Assembly (NCBI GenBank): GCA_963705305.1
Contig: OY970067.1
Coordinates: 3,072,001-3,136,000 of the forward strand
From: an uncultured Methylomirabilota bacterium
GTDB lineage: Bacteria; Methylomirabilota; Methylomirabilia; Methylomirabilales; 2-02-FULL-66-22
Direction: 5' to 3'
Length of the DNA: 64,000 bases
A program made the translations under genes and the position numbers. Shown piece by piece: positions 33,997 to 43,537 of the stretch (the first letter of the stretch is position 1; every line of letters begins with the position of its first letter). Below the pieces are notes generated by a model. It searched no databases, was not told where the DNA came from, and saw nothing but the letters and a program-made list of their open reading frames with translations.

Positions 33997-35367
33997 ATGA
34001 ATCGTCCATCCTCCTCTTCGATCGGCGATGAGACGGCGGTCGCACCGGGACGGCGGTTGCGCCTCGGAATCGAGCGGGTCGTGTTCCAAGGCGACGGGCT
34101 GGGCCGGCTGCCGGACGGTCGGGTGGCCTTCGTTCCGTACACCGCGCCGGGCGACGAGGTCGAGGTGGAGGTGGTGGGCGTCCGGGGGGACTTCATCCGG
34201 GCGGAGCTGGTGCGGGTTCTGACGCCCTCCCCGGCCCGCACCGATCCGCCCTGTCGGTACTTCGGCCGATGCGGCGGGTGCCAGTGGCAGCACATGGAGT
34301 ACGGCGCCCAGCTTTCCTGGAAGCGGGAGATGCTCCAGGAGCTCTTGGTGCGCGTCGGCAAGCTGCCGGGAGTCCCGGTGCTCCCGCCGATCCCCCTCGG
34401 CGAGCCCTGGAGGTACCGGGGGCGGGCCCAATTCAAGGTGGCGGCGGGGGAACGGCCCGCCATCGGCTTTCACCAGCGGGAGACCAATCGCGTGGTGGAT
34501 GTGGAGGCCTGCCCGCTCTTGCATCCCCAGCTGGAGGGCGTCCTGCGGGTGCTGCGGGGGATGCGGCACCCGACGCTCGCCGGCTTGTTCCCCGGGGCGC
34601 GGGATGTGTGGGCGAGCGTGGGCTCCGGCACGGGCGAGACGCTGGTCTCGCTCTTCGCCCGCGCCAGAGATCGCGGCGCCATCCGGCTGCTCTTCCATGC
34701 GATCCGGGAGGAGGTGTCCGGACTTCAGGGCCTGGTCCTGCTGGACGGCGACCCGCGCCACCAGCCGCGCTGCATTGACCGCCACGGGTCGGGGGCGCTT
34801 CACGAGCAGGTGGGGGAGCACCGCTTCCGGGTGGACGCCACCGCCTTCTTTCAGGTCAGCGGTCTGGCAGCCGAGGCGCTGACAGCCCAGGTCCTGGAAG
34901 CTGCGGAATTGACCGGCGCCGAGCGGGTCCTCGACCTCTACTGCGGGGTCGGCACCTTTACCGTCCCCCTAGCCCGCTCGGCCCGCGAGGTCGTGGGCAT
35001 CGAGGCCGTCGCGCCGGCCGCCGCCGATGCCGTCCACAACCTCTCGCTGAATGGCTGCCCGGCGGGGCGGGTGGTGCACGGGCAAGTGGAGCAGATCCTT
35101 CCCGGCATGGCTAGGAGCGGGGCGTGGGATGTGGTCCTGCTGGATCCTCCCCGCCAGGGGAGCAGCCGCCGCGTTCTGGAAACGATTGCCGGGATGGCCG
35201 TGCGGCGGCTGATCTACGTCTCCTGCGATCCCAGTACGCTCTCGCGGGACCTGGCTGTCCTAGCCGGGGTCGGATTCCGCTGCCTGCGGCTCCAGCCGAT
35301 CGATCTGTTCCCCCACACCTTCCACCTGGAATCGGTGGCGCTGCTGGAGCGGCCGGCCCCCGCGTGA
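33997..35367 (+). CDS. rlmD: 23S rRNA (uracil-5)-methyltransferase RlmD/RumA family
   Basis: TRAM domain, C..FG.CGGCQWQH Fe-S motif, FFQV, LDLYCGVG, LDPPR, YVSCDP. Confidence 0.88.
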   Translation: MNRPSSSSIGDETAVAPGRRLRLGIERVVFQGDGLGRLPDGRVAFVPYTAPGDEVEVEVVGVRGDFIRAELVRVLTPSPARTDPPCRYFGRCGGCQWQHMEYGAQLSWKREMLQELLVRVGKLPGVPVLPPIPLGEPWRYRGRAQFKVAAGERPAIGFHQRETNRVVDVEACPLLHPQLEGVLRVLRGMRHPTLAGLFPGARDVWASVGSGTGETLVSLFARARDRGAIRLLFHAIREEVSGLQGLVLLDGDPRHQPRCIDRHGSGALHEQVGEHRFRVDATAFFQVSGLAAEALTAQVLEAAELTGAERVLDLYCGVGTFTVPLARSAREVVGIEAVAPAAADAVHNLSLNGCPAGRVVHGQVEQILPGMARSGAWDVVLLDPPRQGSSRRVLETIAGMAVRRLIYVSCDPSTLSRDLAVLAGVGFRCLRLQPIDLFPHTFHLESVALLERPAPA

Positions 35368-35375
35368 CCGCGGGC

Positions 35376-35404
35376 TTGCCAACCGATCCCACTTCCCGCA
35401 TAAT
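35376..35404 (+). promoter_or_regulatory. Sigma70-type promoter upstream of the leuD/leuC-like genes
   Basis: TTGCCA-N17-CATAAT. Confidence 0.65.
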
Positions 35405-35580
35405 GCACCCGGCTGCCGCCGGGCCGCCCCGGGCGGGGGAGACGGCCGGACAGGCAGCCGGGCTTCCGGAGGCGGGACGGGAAGCCGCGGGGGCGGTGGC
35501 GCCAACGCAACCGCACATGGGGACGGACGAGCCCGGGTGCCTCCGGGCCTGCGTCCTCCCAACAGCGCGAGGGAATCAGG

Positions 35581-36102
35581 ATGCTCACGGGAACAGTCTC
35601 CTCGGTCTTCGGAAACGACATCAACACCGACGACATCGTTCCGGCGGCGTACCTGCAGCAAAGCGACGACCCCGAGTATTTTGCGACTTTTGCCTTCACC
35701 CGATATGACCCGGAATTCCGCGCGCGCTGCCTCCAGCGCCCCGCCAACATCGTGGTGGCGGGAAAGAACTTCGGCTGCGGCTCCAGCCGCGAGCAGGCCG
35801 TCTACGCCCTCCAGTTCAACCGGGTGGTCTGCGTCATCGCCGAGTCCTTCCCCGATATCTTCTACCGGAACAGCCTGGCCAACGGTCTGACGCTCGTCAG
35901 CATGGTCGATCGGAGCGGCCTGGCGGCGGGGGACCAGCTGGAGATCGATCTGGAGAACCGAGTGGTGATCAACCGGACCAAGGAGACCCGACACCCGTTT
36001 GAGATGAAGGGGGAGGACCTCCGGACATTTCATGCCGGCGGCATGACCGCGCGTGTCCGCGCGCACCTCGACGAGATGTTGGCGGGACGGCACGGCCGCT
36101 AA
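35581..36102 (+). CDS. leuD: Isopropylmalate dehydratase/homoaconitase small subunit (LeuD/HacB type)
   Basis: INTDDIVP, AGKNFGCGSSREQA, AESF..IFYRN. Confidence 0.8.
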   Translation: MLTGTVSSVFGNDINTDDIVPAAYLQQSDDPEYFATFAFTRYDPEFRARCLQRPANIVVAGKNFGCGSSREQAVYALQFNRVVCVIAESFPDIFYRNSLANGLTLVSMVDRSGLAAGDQLEIDLENRVVINRTKETRHPFEMKGEDLRTFHAGGMTARVRAHLDEMLAGRHGR

Positions 36103-36104
36103 GG

Positions 36105-36220
36105 AATTGCGGATTGGCGATTGCGGATTAAGGGAACGCCTCCTCGCGTCCCGCTTCCGCCCTCCGCCCTCCGCCCTCCGCAATCCGAAATCCGAAATTC
36201 GCAGTCCGCATTTCGAAATC
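36105..36220. repeat. Inverted heptamer (TTGCGGA / AATCCGC) repeat element
   Basis: Heptamer arrays in opposite orientation around a spacer; similar to 53358-53442 and 37645-37688. Confidence 0.8.
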
Positions 36221-36241
36221 GTAGCCAGATGGAGTGATCAC

Positions 36242-37588
36242 ATGGGACAGACGATGGCCGAGAAGATCGTGTCGCGGCGGGTCGGCCGGCCGGTGCGGGC
36301 CGGCGAGGGGATCGAGCGCCTGCCGATCAGCAAGCTGTTCTTCAACGACGTCATCGGTCCCCCCGCCATCAAGAGCCTGACCAGGCTCTTCGGAGAGACC
36401 TTCGCCAAGCACGGGACGCCGGTTCGGGCCTTCGACCCCCGGCGGGTCTTCATGATACCGGACCACTCCGTCCCCGCGCACTCGGTCGAGGTGGCGGAGG
36501 GGGTGGACCTCATGGAGTCCTTCGGTCGGGAGCAGGGGATCACGGTCCATCGGGAGGGCGACGGGATCGAGCATGTGGTGCTGATCGAGGGTGGGCACAT
36601 CGTTCCTTGGGACATCGTCCTGGGGACCGACTCCCACACGTGCACGAACGGCGCCATGGGCGCCCTGGCGTTCGGCGTGGGGACCACCGACGGCACCTAC
36701 GCCCTGGCCACGGGCCACCTCTACGATTTCGTGGTGCCCGAGACGCACCGCTTCGAGCTGACCGGGAGCTTCCGCAAGGGGGTGTACGCCAAGGACCTGA
36801 TCCTCTACATCATCGGCACCCTGGGGGCGGGGGGCTGCTCGCGGCGCGTGGCCGAGTTCGTGGGAGAGGGGGTGCGGCGCCTGGGAATGGATGCCCGGAC
36901 GACCATCTGCAACATGGCGGTGGAGATGAGCGCCCGCACCGCCATCATGCCCACCGACGAGACGCTGGAGGCCTACCTGCGGGGACGGGCGCAGTGGCCG
37001 GTGGAGCCCCTCGCCAGCGACCCCGACGCTTCCTACGCGGCCCAGCTCAAGGTGGATCTGTCCCAGCTGGAGCCCATGGTCTCGTTCCCCCACAAGCCGG
37101 CCAACGCCACGCCGGTATCCAAGGTGGCGGAGATGATGGCCAAGAGCCAGGCCCAGCCGACCCCGGACTTCCCGCCGGTCTCCAGCGACAGGATCACGGA
37201 TGCCTTCCTGGGGGCCTGCACCAATGGCCGTTACGAGGACCTGGTGGAGGCGGCAAGGGTTCTGCGCGGCCGCAAAGTTCACCCGGACGTGTCCTTCGTG
37301 GTCATCCCCGCTAGCCGGCAGGTCTACGAGCGCGCCATGGACGAGGGGATTCTCCAGGTGTTCATCAAGGCCGGGGCCAATGTCGAGTCATCCAACTGCG
37401 GGCCCTGCTTCGGCAGCCACATGGGCGTTCTGTCGCGGAAGGCCCAGATGATCAGCAGCAGCAATCGGAACTACCAGGGCCGCATGGGCTCGCGGGAGGC
37501 GCGGATCTTCCTGGCCAGCCCGGCCACGGTGACGGCCAGCGCCATCGAAGGGAGGATCGCCGACCCGCGCAAGTATCTCGACGGCTAG
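36242..37588 (+). CDS. leuC: Isopropylmalate dehydratase/homoaconitase large subunit (LeuC/HacA type)
   Basis: PDH, GIEH, GTDSHTCT.GA, GACTNGR, CGPCFG Fe-S ligands, NRNY.GRMG. Confidence 0.8.
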   Translation: MGQTMAEKIVSRRVGRPVRAGEGIERLPISKLFFNDVIGPPAIKSLTRLFGETFAKHGTPVRAFDPRRVFMIPDHSVPAHSVEVAEGVDLMESFGREQGITVHREGDGIEHVVLIEGGHIVPWDIVLGTDSHTCTNGAMGALAFGVGTTDGTYALATGHLYDFVVPETHRFELTGSFRKGVYAKDLILYIIGTLGAGGCSRRVAEFVGEGVRRLGMDARTTICNMAVEMSARTAIMPTDETLEAYLRGRAQWPVEPLASDPDASYAAQLKVDLSQLEPMVSFPHKPANATPVSKVAEMMAKSQAQPTPDFPPVSSDRITDAFLGACTNGRYEDLVEAARVLRGRKVHPDVSFVVIPASRQVYERAMDEGILQVFIKAGANVESSNCGPCFGSHMGVLSRKAQMISSSNRNYQGRMGSREARIFLASPATVTASAIEGRIADPRKYLDG

Positions 37589-37685
37589 GCGGCGGGGCAG
37601 CTCGGCCGTCTCGCTGCCCGACTGCCTCGCCGGCTGGCGGCACTCGGAGATTTCCGACTGCGGACTGCGAATTTCGGGTTCCGGA

Positions 37686-38297
37686 TTATCGCTGGGCGCT
37701 GCCGACGATGTGGGGGGACACGAAGGGCACGGGAACCCGGATGTGCTCGTAGCTGACGCGGGAGAATCCGTCCTGGTCCAGGATCTTCCAGGTCTCCCGG
37801 TCGGGCGAGCAGCCGTCTCCGAAGACGTGGAAGAGCGGCCGCACCCATCGCTGCGCGCGGCGAAGCCGCGTCCCGGCGGGGGCCGCCACGTGCTCGATGA
37901 ATACGAAGCGGCCGCCGGGCTTGAGGACGCGGCGGATCTCCGAGAGGGCCGCCTTGAGGTCGGAAACCGAGCACAGGACCAGCGTGCTCACGACAGCGTC
38001 CACGCTGGCATCCGGCAGCTCCAGGCGCTCAACGGTGCCACTCCGGATGTCGGCGTCGAGGCCCAGGCGGGCGGCCTCCCGCGCGAGATACGGGCGCATG
38101 AACGGATTGGGCTCGATCCCGATCCAGCGGATCCCGGGCGGGTAGTAGGGGAGGTTCGCGCCGGCCCCCGGGCCGATCTCCAGGATGTCACCGCCGAGGC
38201 CGCCGAGAAGCGCCCGCTTCCGATCGGCCACCAGCCGCTCGTAACGCCGCATGCCGTGCGCCAGCATGAAGGCCATGAGCCGTTTTCGCAGTGCCAT
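37686..38297 (-). CDS. Class I SAM-dependent methyltransferase
   Basis: ILEIGPGAG, STLVLCSV, RVLKPGG..FIEH. Confidence 0.88.
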   Translation of the reverse strand: MALRKRLMAFMLAHGMRRYERLVADRKRALLGGLGGDILEIGPGAGANLPYYPPGIRWIGIEPNPFMRPYLAREAARLGLDADIRSGTVERLELPDASVDAVVSTLVLCSVSDLKAALSEIRRVLKPGGRFVFIEHVAAPAGTRLRRAQRWVRPLFHVFGDGCSPDRETWKILDQDGFSRVSYEHIRVPVPFVSPHIVGSAQR

Positions 38298-38369
38298 GAC
38301 ACGACGCGTTGCGCCCCCCGCAACCCGTTGGTCCGAGGGGCGCATGCCGAGGCGATCGGGGTACACGGT

Positions 38370-39263
38370 CTACGACTTCAGGTACTTCGTGAACCAGGCC
38401 ACGCAGCGCGCCCAGGCGTCCTTGGCCGCCTCGGGGCGGTAGCTGGGCCGATAGTCCGCGTTGAAGGCGTGGGGCGCGCCGGGGTACGTCACGAACTCGG
38501 CGGTCGTCCCGGCCGCCTTGAGCGCGGCCTCCATCTCTTTGACATCCGCGACGGGAATTCCCTGGTCCGCCTCCCCGTACAGGCCCAGGACCGGCGCATG
38601 GATCTGGGAGGCGATGTCGAGCGGGTCCACCGTCCGGATACCCGGCGTCTTGGCCGCCTTGATCGGGCCGTACCAGGCCACCACAGCCTCGACCTCGAGA
38701 TTATGAGCGGTAAAGAGGAGCGCGTACATGCCGCCGCGGCAGAAGCCGGTAACCCCGATCCGGTCGGCGCGGGCCGCCGGGTGCCGCTTGGCGTAGGCCA
38801 GGACCGCATCCAGGTCCCCCATCACCTGCGCGTCCGGAACGGAGTTGGCGACCGTCATGACCGATTGCTGATCGGGCAGCTGCATGGTGCCGCCCTGGCG
38901 GGCGTAGGGCTCGAAGGTGATCGCCAGGAAGCCCTCCCGGGCGAATCGGCGGGCGATGTCCTGAATGTGCTCGTGCATGCCCCACACCTCGGGGACGACC
39001 AGGACGACCGGGTACCGTCCCGCGCCCGCGGGCCGGGCCTCGTAGATGGGCACCTGGAAGTCGCCCACCCGGACCGTGGAGGCCACGGTTGCGAGTCCGT
39101 CGGCGGGGGTGTGGATCACCTGGGCTGCCACGGGACCGGCGGCGATGGCGAAGCCCGCCAGGCTCACCCCGGTGGCGCCTACGGTCGTGAGGAATTGTCG
39201 CCGAGAGACCCCCTCCCTCGCGTTCGACAGCCAGTCGTCGAAATCCGATTTCCGATTCTCCAT
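38370..39263 (-). CDS. Dienelactone hydrolase family protein with twin-arginine-like N-terminus
   Basis: SRRQFL, EVWG, GFCRGG nucleophile, HAF.ADYRPSY. Confidence 0.9.
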   Translation of the reverse strand: MENRKSDFDDWLSNAREGVSRRQFLTTVGATGVSLAGFAIAAGPVAAQVIHTPADGLATVASTVRVGDFQVPIYEARPAGAGRYPVVLVVPEVWGMHEHIQDIARRFAREGFLAITFEPYARQGGTMQLPDQQSVMTVANSVPDAQVMGDLDAVLAYAKRHPAARADRIGVTGFCRGGMYALLFTAHNLEVEAVVAWYGPIKAAKTPGIRTVDPLDIASQIHAPVLGLYGEADQGIPVADVKEMEAALKAAGTTAEFVTYPGAPHAFNADYRPSYRPEAAKDAWARCVAWFTKYLKS

Positions 39264-39485
39264 GCGGCTCGCTCCTCCGCTGTGGTTTGACACGCCGGTG
39301 ATGCGCATGACGCCTGCTGATCCGACCCCTCTCCGGCCGGGGCTGGCGCTTCTTTACGTTACACAGCTAATGGGACCTTGGCAATCGCGATTCTGCTTTC
39401 GTGATTCTTTCACGGGCCTGATCGGCTACAATACGCCGTCCGTGCGGACGGGTCGATCCCCCATTCACCCAAAGGAGGAGACGAG

Positions 39486-39782
39486 ATGGCCGGTATGAAA
39501 GAGTTTGCAAGCCTCTACTATCGCGAGGGCGCACTGGACCCGAAGACCATGCAGCTGGTGGCCATGGCCGCCATGGCGGCCGCCGGCTGCACGTCCTGAG
39601 TACCGGGACGCTTCGCGGCCGCGAAGCAAGCCGGCGCTACCGACGACGAGATCATGGAGACCCTGTACTACGCCATGCGCGGGGCGGCCCGGGCCGCCTG
39701 GAGCACCATCAAGCATATCGACGGCATCGAGGAGCTGAACAAGCGGTACCGGGAGAAGCTGGACCGCGAAGCCGGGAAGTAA
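39486..39782 (+). CDS. AhpD/carboxymuconolactone-decarboxylase-like selenoprotein (CxxU), 98 aa
   Basis: AAGGAGG RBS; GALDPKTMQLVAMAA..GCTS-TGA(39597-39599)-VPGRFAAAKQAGATDDEIME continues in frame to TAA. Confidence 0.82.
39600..39640 (+). promoter_or_regulatory. Bacterial SECIS-like hairpin
   Basis: GCTTCGC-GGCC-GCGAAGC stem-loop starting 11 nt after the TGA; lower stem CCGG/CCGG. Confidence 0.7.
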
Positions 39783-39906
39783 TCCTGCGCCCGCGGTATA
39801 TTCGGCCGGCCCCTCCGCCGCGGCGGAGGGGCCGTCGCCTTCCTGGCGCCGATGGATCCCAGCCCCCGCGACGGCGCGGGCGGCTCACCGAGAATGGGGT
39901 CGGGTC

Positions 39907-41449
39907 ATGGACCAGAGCACTACCACTGCCTACGACGAGCTGATCCGGCGGGCGAAAGCGCTTGCCCTGCTGGAATCTTGCGGGATGCTGCTCTACTGGG
40001 ATCAGCAGACCTACATGCCTCCCAAGGGTTCCGCGCACCGGGCCGAGCAGTCGGCGTTGCTGGCGGGCCTGGTCCATCGGCAGCTCACCGATCCGCGCGT
40101 CGGGGATCTGCTGGCTGCGGCGGAGGGAATCGCAGCGACCGCGGCGGCAGATGCGCCCGTCGCGGTGAACACGCGGGAAATCCGGCGCATGTACGACCGG
40201 GCCGTCCGGATCCCGGAGGACCTGGTGACGGAGCTCGCGCGCACCGCGTCCCTGGCGCGGGATGCCTGGGTGGAGGCCCGGCGCGCCTCGGACTTTCTCC
40301 GCTTCCGGCCCTGGCTGGAGCGGGTCGTGACCCTCAAGCGCCAGGAGGCCCAGGCGGTGGGCTTTGGCGACACCCTGTACGATGCGCTGCTGGACGAGTA
40401 CGAGCCCGGCGAGCGGGCGGCCGGCCTGACGGCGCTTTTCGCCGACCTGCGCCGCGGGCTGGTGCCCCTGGTGGAGGCGATCCGGGGCTCGGATCGGCGG
40501 CCGGACCCTTCGATCCTGCACCGGGAGTATCCGCTCTCCGCCCAGGAGGCGTTCGGCAGGGCCGCCGCCGAAGTCATCGGATTCGACTTTCAAGCCGGCC
40601 GGCTGGAACGTCACGGTGCATCCGTTTTGCAGCGGCCTGGGCCCCGGGGACACGCGCATCACCACGCGCTACAACCTGCAGGATTTCGGGGACGCGTTCT
40701 TCAGCATCCTGCACGAGGCGGGGCACGGCCTCTACGATCAGGGGCTGGACCCGGCCCAGTTCGGAACCCCCCTGGGGACCGCCGTCTCGCTGGGCATCCA
40801 CGAGTCCCAGTCCCGCCTGTGGGAGAACTTGGTGGGACGCAGCCGGGCGTTCTGGGAGCACTTCTTTCCGAGAGCCCGGCGGGCGTTCCCCGGCGCCCTG
40901 GACGGGGTGGATGTGGACACCTTTGTCTTCGCCGTCAACGACGTCCGTCCCTCGTTCATCCGGGTGGACGCCGACGAAGCCACCTACAACCTGCACATCC
41001 TGCTGCGGTTCGAGCTGGAGCAGGCGCTGCTCGTGGGGGATCTGCGGGCGGCGGACCTGCCCGGGGCGTGGAATGAGGGATTCCGGCGACTCTTCGGGCT
41101 CACGCCGCCGGACGACGCCCGGGGATGCCTCCAGGACGTCCACTGGAGCGGAGGCGGAATCGGGTACTTTCCCACCTACGCCCTGGGGAACATGTATGCC
41201 GCCCAGTTCTTCGCACGGGCCCGCACCGATCTGAGCGGAGTGGAGGGTCAACTCCGGCGGGGCGACTTTGCGCCGCTACGGGAGTGGCTGCGGGCCAACA
41301 TCCACCGGCACGGCCAACGCTACCGGGCCGGCGATCTCGTGGTCGCCGTCACCGGCGAGCCGCTCAGCCCCCGCTTCTTACTAGACCACCTGTGGGGAAA
41401 GTTCGGCCCCCTGTACGGTGTCGGGTGCCCGGCGCAGTCCGGCGAGTAG
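39907..41449 (+). pseudogene. Carboxypeptidase M32 (Taq-type), frameshift at ~40607
   Basis: WDQQTYMP, LLDEYEPG in the first frame; HPF, HEAGH, HESQS, IRVDADE, CLQDVHW, GYFPTY in the second; one extra A. May be a sequencing error. Confidence 0.88.
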
Positions 41450-41479
41450 ATTCGGCGCACGGGCGCACCGCTACGCTCG

Positions 41480-41570
41480 GGCGCAGGGGAGCAGGGAGGA
41501 GCGGGAGAAAGGGAGAATCGGAGAAGCGGGGAGCCGGGGTAACGAAGAGGCGGTCGAACCGGTTCCCCGC
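41480..41570. repeat. Purine-rich octamer tandem repeats between convergent genes
   Basis: gagaaagg gagaatcg gagaagcg gggagccg gggtaacg aagaggcg. Confidence 0.55.
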
Positions 41571-41609
41571 TTGGCGGTCGTCGCGAGAGGGTGAATCTCG
41601 GATCGGCAC

Positions 41610-42662
41610 TCAGTCCGATGCGAAATCCACGGGGACTCCGAGCTCTCTGAGCACCGCCTCCAGGAGTATCCAGGCTTCGTCGCTGAACGGGATGCCCTCG
41701 CGGGCTCGCCGCGCCTCTTCCTCCCGGTCCGGCTCGCCCGGGATGAAGACCCGACCGGTTTCATGGGCAGGCCGCGCCGTCTTGACGTAGGCGGTGAGTT
41801 GATCCACACGGGCCCGGAACTGATCGGGCGGAAGGAAGGGGGTCACGTCCAGCGCGAGGAGAAAAATGCCGTTCATCTCCTGCGGTCCCGGGGCGGATGT
41901 GGGGAAGCCGGCCCCCGAGAGAATCCCCGCCAGGACCTCGACGGCCAAGCTCAATGCGTAGCCCTTGTGGCCGCCGGCCGGCAACAGGGCCCCGCGTGGC
42001 GTCGCGAACAGAGATGCCGGATCCGTGGTGGGGGAGCCGTCGGCATCCAAGAGCCAACCCGCCGGAGCGGGGTCGCCTTTCAGCAAGAGCTGCCGGACCT
42101 GGCCGGCGGCGGCGGCGCTGGTGGCAAAGTCGAAGACGATCCCCGGCCCGCGCGTCCCCGGAAATCCCATGGCGATCGGGTTCGTGGAGAGGCGGGGATC
42201 CCGGCCGCCCCACGGGACCACCACCTGGCCCGACCCGGCGTCATTGACGGCGGCCATCCCGACGAGGCCGGCCGCCATGATCCGCTCGGCATACTCCCCC
42301 AGGCGGCCCACATGGTTGCTGTTCATCCCGGTCACCACGGCGATGCCGCTGGCGGTCGCCTTCTGGATCACCAGCCGGGTCGCGTAGCCGGCCACGACCT
42401 GTCCGAAGGCCTGCCTGCCGTCCACCTTGGCACTGAAGATCGTCTCCGCGACGGTGAGCGGCCGGGCGGCGGGGTTCAAGAGCCCCTTCTTCCACCACTC
42501 GTGGTACTGGACCAGGCGGAACGCCCCGTGGGAGTCGACACCCCGCAGGTTCGCGCGGACTAGATGAACCGCCACCTCCTGCGCGTTCTCCCGGTTCGCG
42601 CCCATCCTCTGGCAGGCGTCGGTCACTGCATCCTGAAGCGCTGTCGCGTTTACGTGCCTCAT
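41610..42662 (-). CDS. Ldh_2 family (malate/L-sulfolactate-type) oxidoreductase
   Basis: LRGVDSHG, SNHVG, STNPIA, DFATS, GGHKGYAL, IPGE. Confidence 0.9.
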   Translation of the reverse strand: MRHVNATALQDAVTDACQRMGANRENAQEVAVHLVRANLRGVDSHGAFRLVQYHEWWKKGLLNPAARPLTVAETIFSAKVDGRQAFGQVVAGYATRLVIQKATASGIAVVTGMNSNHVGRLGEYAERIMAAGLVGMAAVNDAGSGQVVVPWGGRDPRLSTNPIAMGFPGTRGPGIVFDFATSAAAAGQVRQLLLKGDPAPAGWLLDADGSPTTDPASLFATPRGALLPAGGHKGYALSLAVEVLAGILSGAGFPTSAPGPQEMNGIFLLALDVTPFLPPDQFRARVDQLTAYVKTARPAHETGRVFIPGEPDREEEARRAREGIPFSDEAWILLEAVLRELGVPVDFASD

Positions 42663-42736
42663 GGGTAAGCCTCGGAGTCACTTCGGAGTTGTGCGGCCGG
42701 AGCGCGCGCCCGCCGACGCGTCGGCGGGCCATCCCT

Positions 42737-43144
42737 TCACGCGGCCGTGCGCCCGGGACGGGGCAAGTTGGTGGAAATCTCGACCAGGTGGCCTTCGGGA
42801 TCGTGGAAGTGCGCCGACCGCTGCCTCCACGGGCGATCCTTGGGCGTATCGAGGAAGGGAACTCCACGGTCGGCCAATTCCCGATAGGTGCGGTCCACGT
42901 CCTCCACCAGCAGGGTCACGGCCGCCTCGTGGGCGCCGGCAGCCGGCCGCGCAGCCTGGCTCTCCCCCACCAGTCCGGGCACTCGCCCGCGAGCCAGCAG
43001 GGCGAGCTTCGCCCCCTCAACGGCCAGCTCCGCGTATCCCTCGTCGCGGAAGCGGACCGGCAGACCCACCTTGTCTCGGTAAAATCCCACCGCCCCTTCG
43101 AAATCGTTCACGAACAGCACCACATAGCCGAGGTAGCAGAACAT
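42737..43144 (-). CDS. VOC/glyoxalase family protein
   Basis: FYRDKVGL, VEDVD, PW..RSAHF.DPEGH.VE; GGAGG RBS. Confidence 0.88.
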   Translation of the reverse strand: MFCYLGYVVLFVNDFEGAVGFYRDKVGLPVRFRDEGYAELAVEGAKLALLARGRVPGLVGESQAARPAAGAHEAAVTLLVEDVDRTYRELADRGVPFLDTPKDRPWRQRSAHFHDPEGHLVEISTNLPRPGRTAA

Positions 43145-43380
43145 CGTCTCCTCCTCTGGTGAGGGAATCGCCAGAATCTCTGGCGCTTCGTGAGCAGCAC
43201 CGACGGGGACTGGATACCCCACCCGCGCCCACCTTGTCAAGTCCGAGTGGCGGCAGCCGGGCCGCTGAGACCCAAAAGCCAACCCGGGTCATTCAGGAAC
43301 GGTTCGTCCGCCGCGAGGGTCCAATGGCCGATTGTCCAATAATCAAGCGTGATCGCCGATTCCCGGTTCCAGCAGCGGCC

Positions 43381-43537
43381 TAGCAGGATGCTGAAACACC
43401 CGCTTTCCCCCAGGCTGCTCAAAAGGGCCCAGATGCAAGGCGGCATGCGATCCGCGGCGCGAGGCGTACTTCCGGTACGCCGCAGCGTCGCGGGAGCGCG
43501 CCAACGCAGTAGATGGGCCTTTTTGAGCAGCCTGCTA
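43381..43537 (-). mobile_element. MITE-like element, copy 2
   Basis: Same terminal repeats and internal motifs as 7165-7343, reverse orientation; its end supplies the TAG of the permease gene. Confidence 0.85.

Noticed and set aside
36105..36220. Short repeat arrays as a possible CRISPR
   Set aside because: Units are 7-8 bp tandem and degenerate with no unique spacers; no cas genes in the window.
39400..39414. CGTGA-N5-TCACG palindrome as a CRP/FNR site
   Set aside because: Spacer is 5 rather than 6 bp and it is a single instance; it cannot be assigned.
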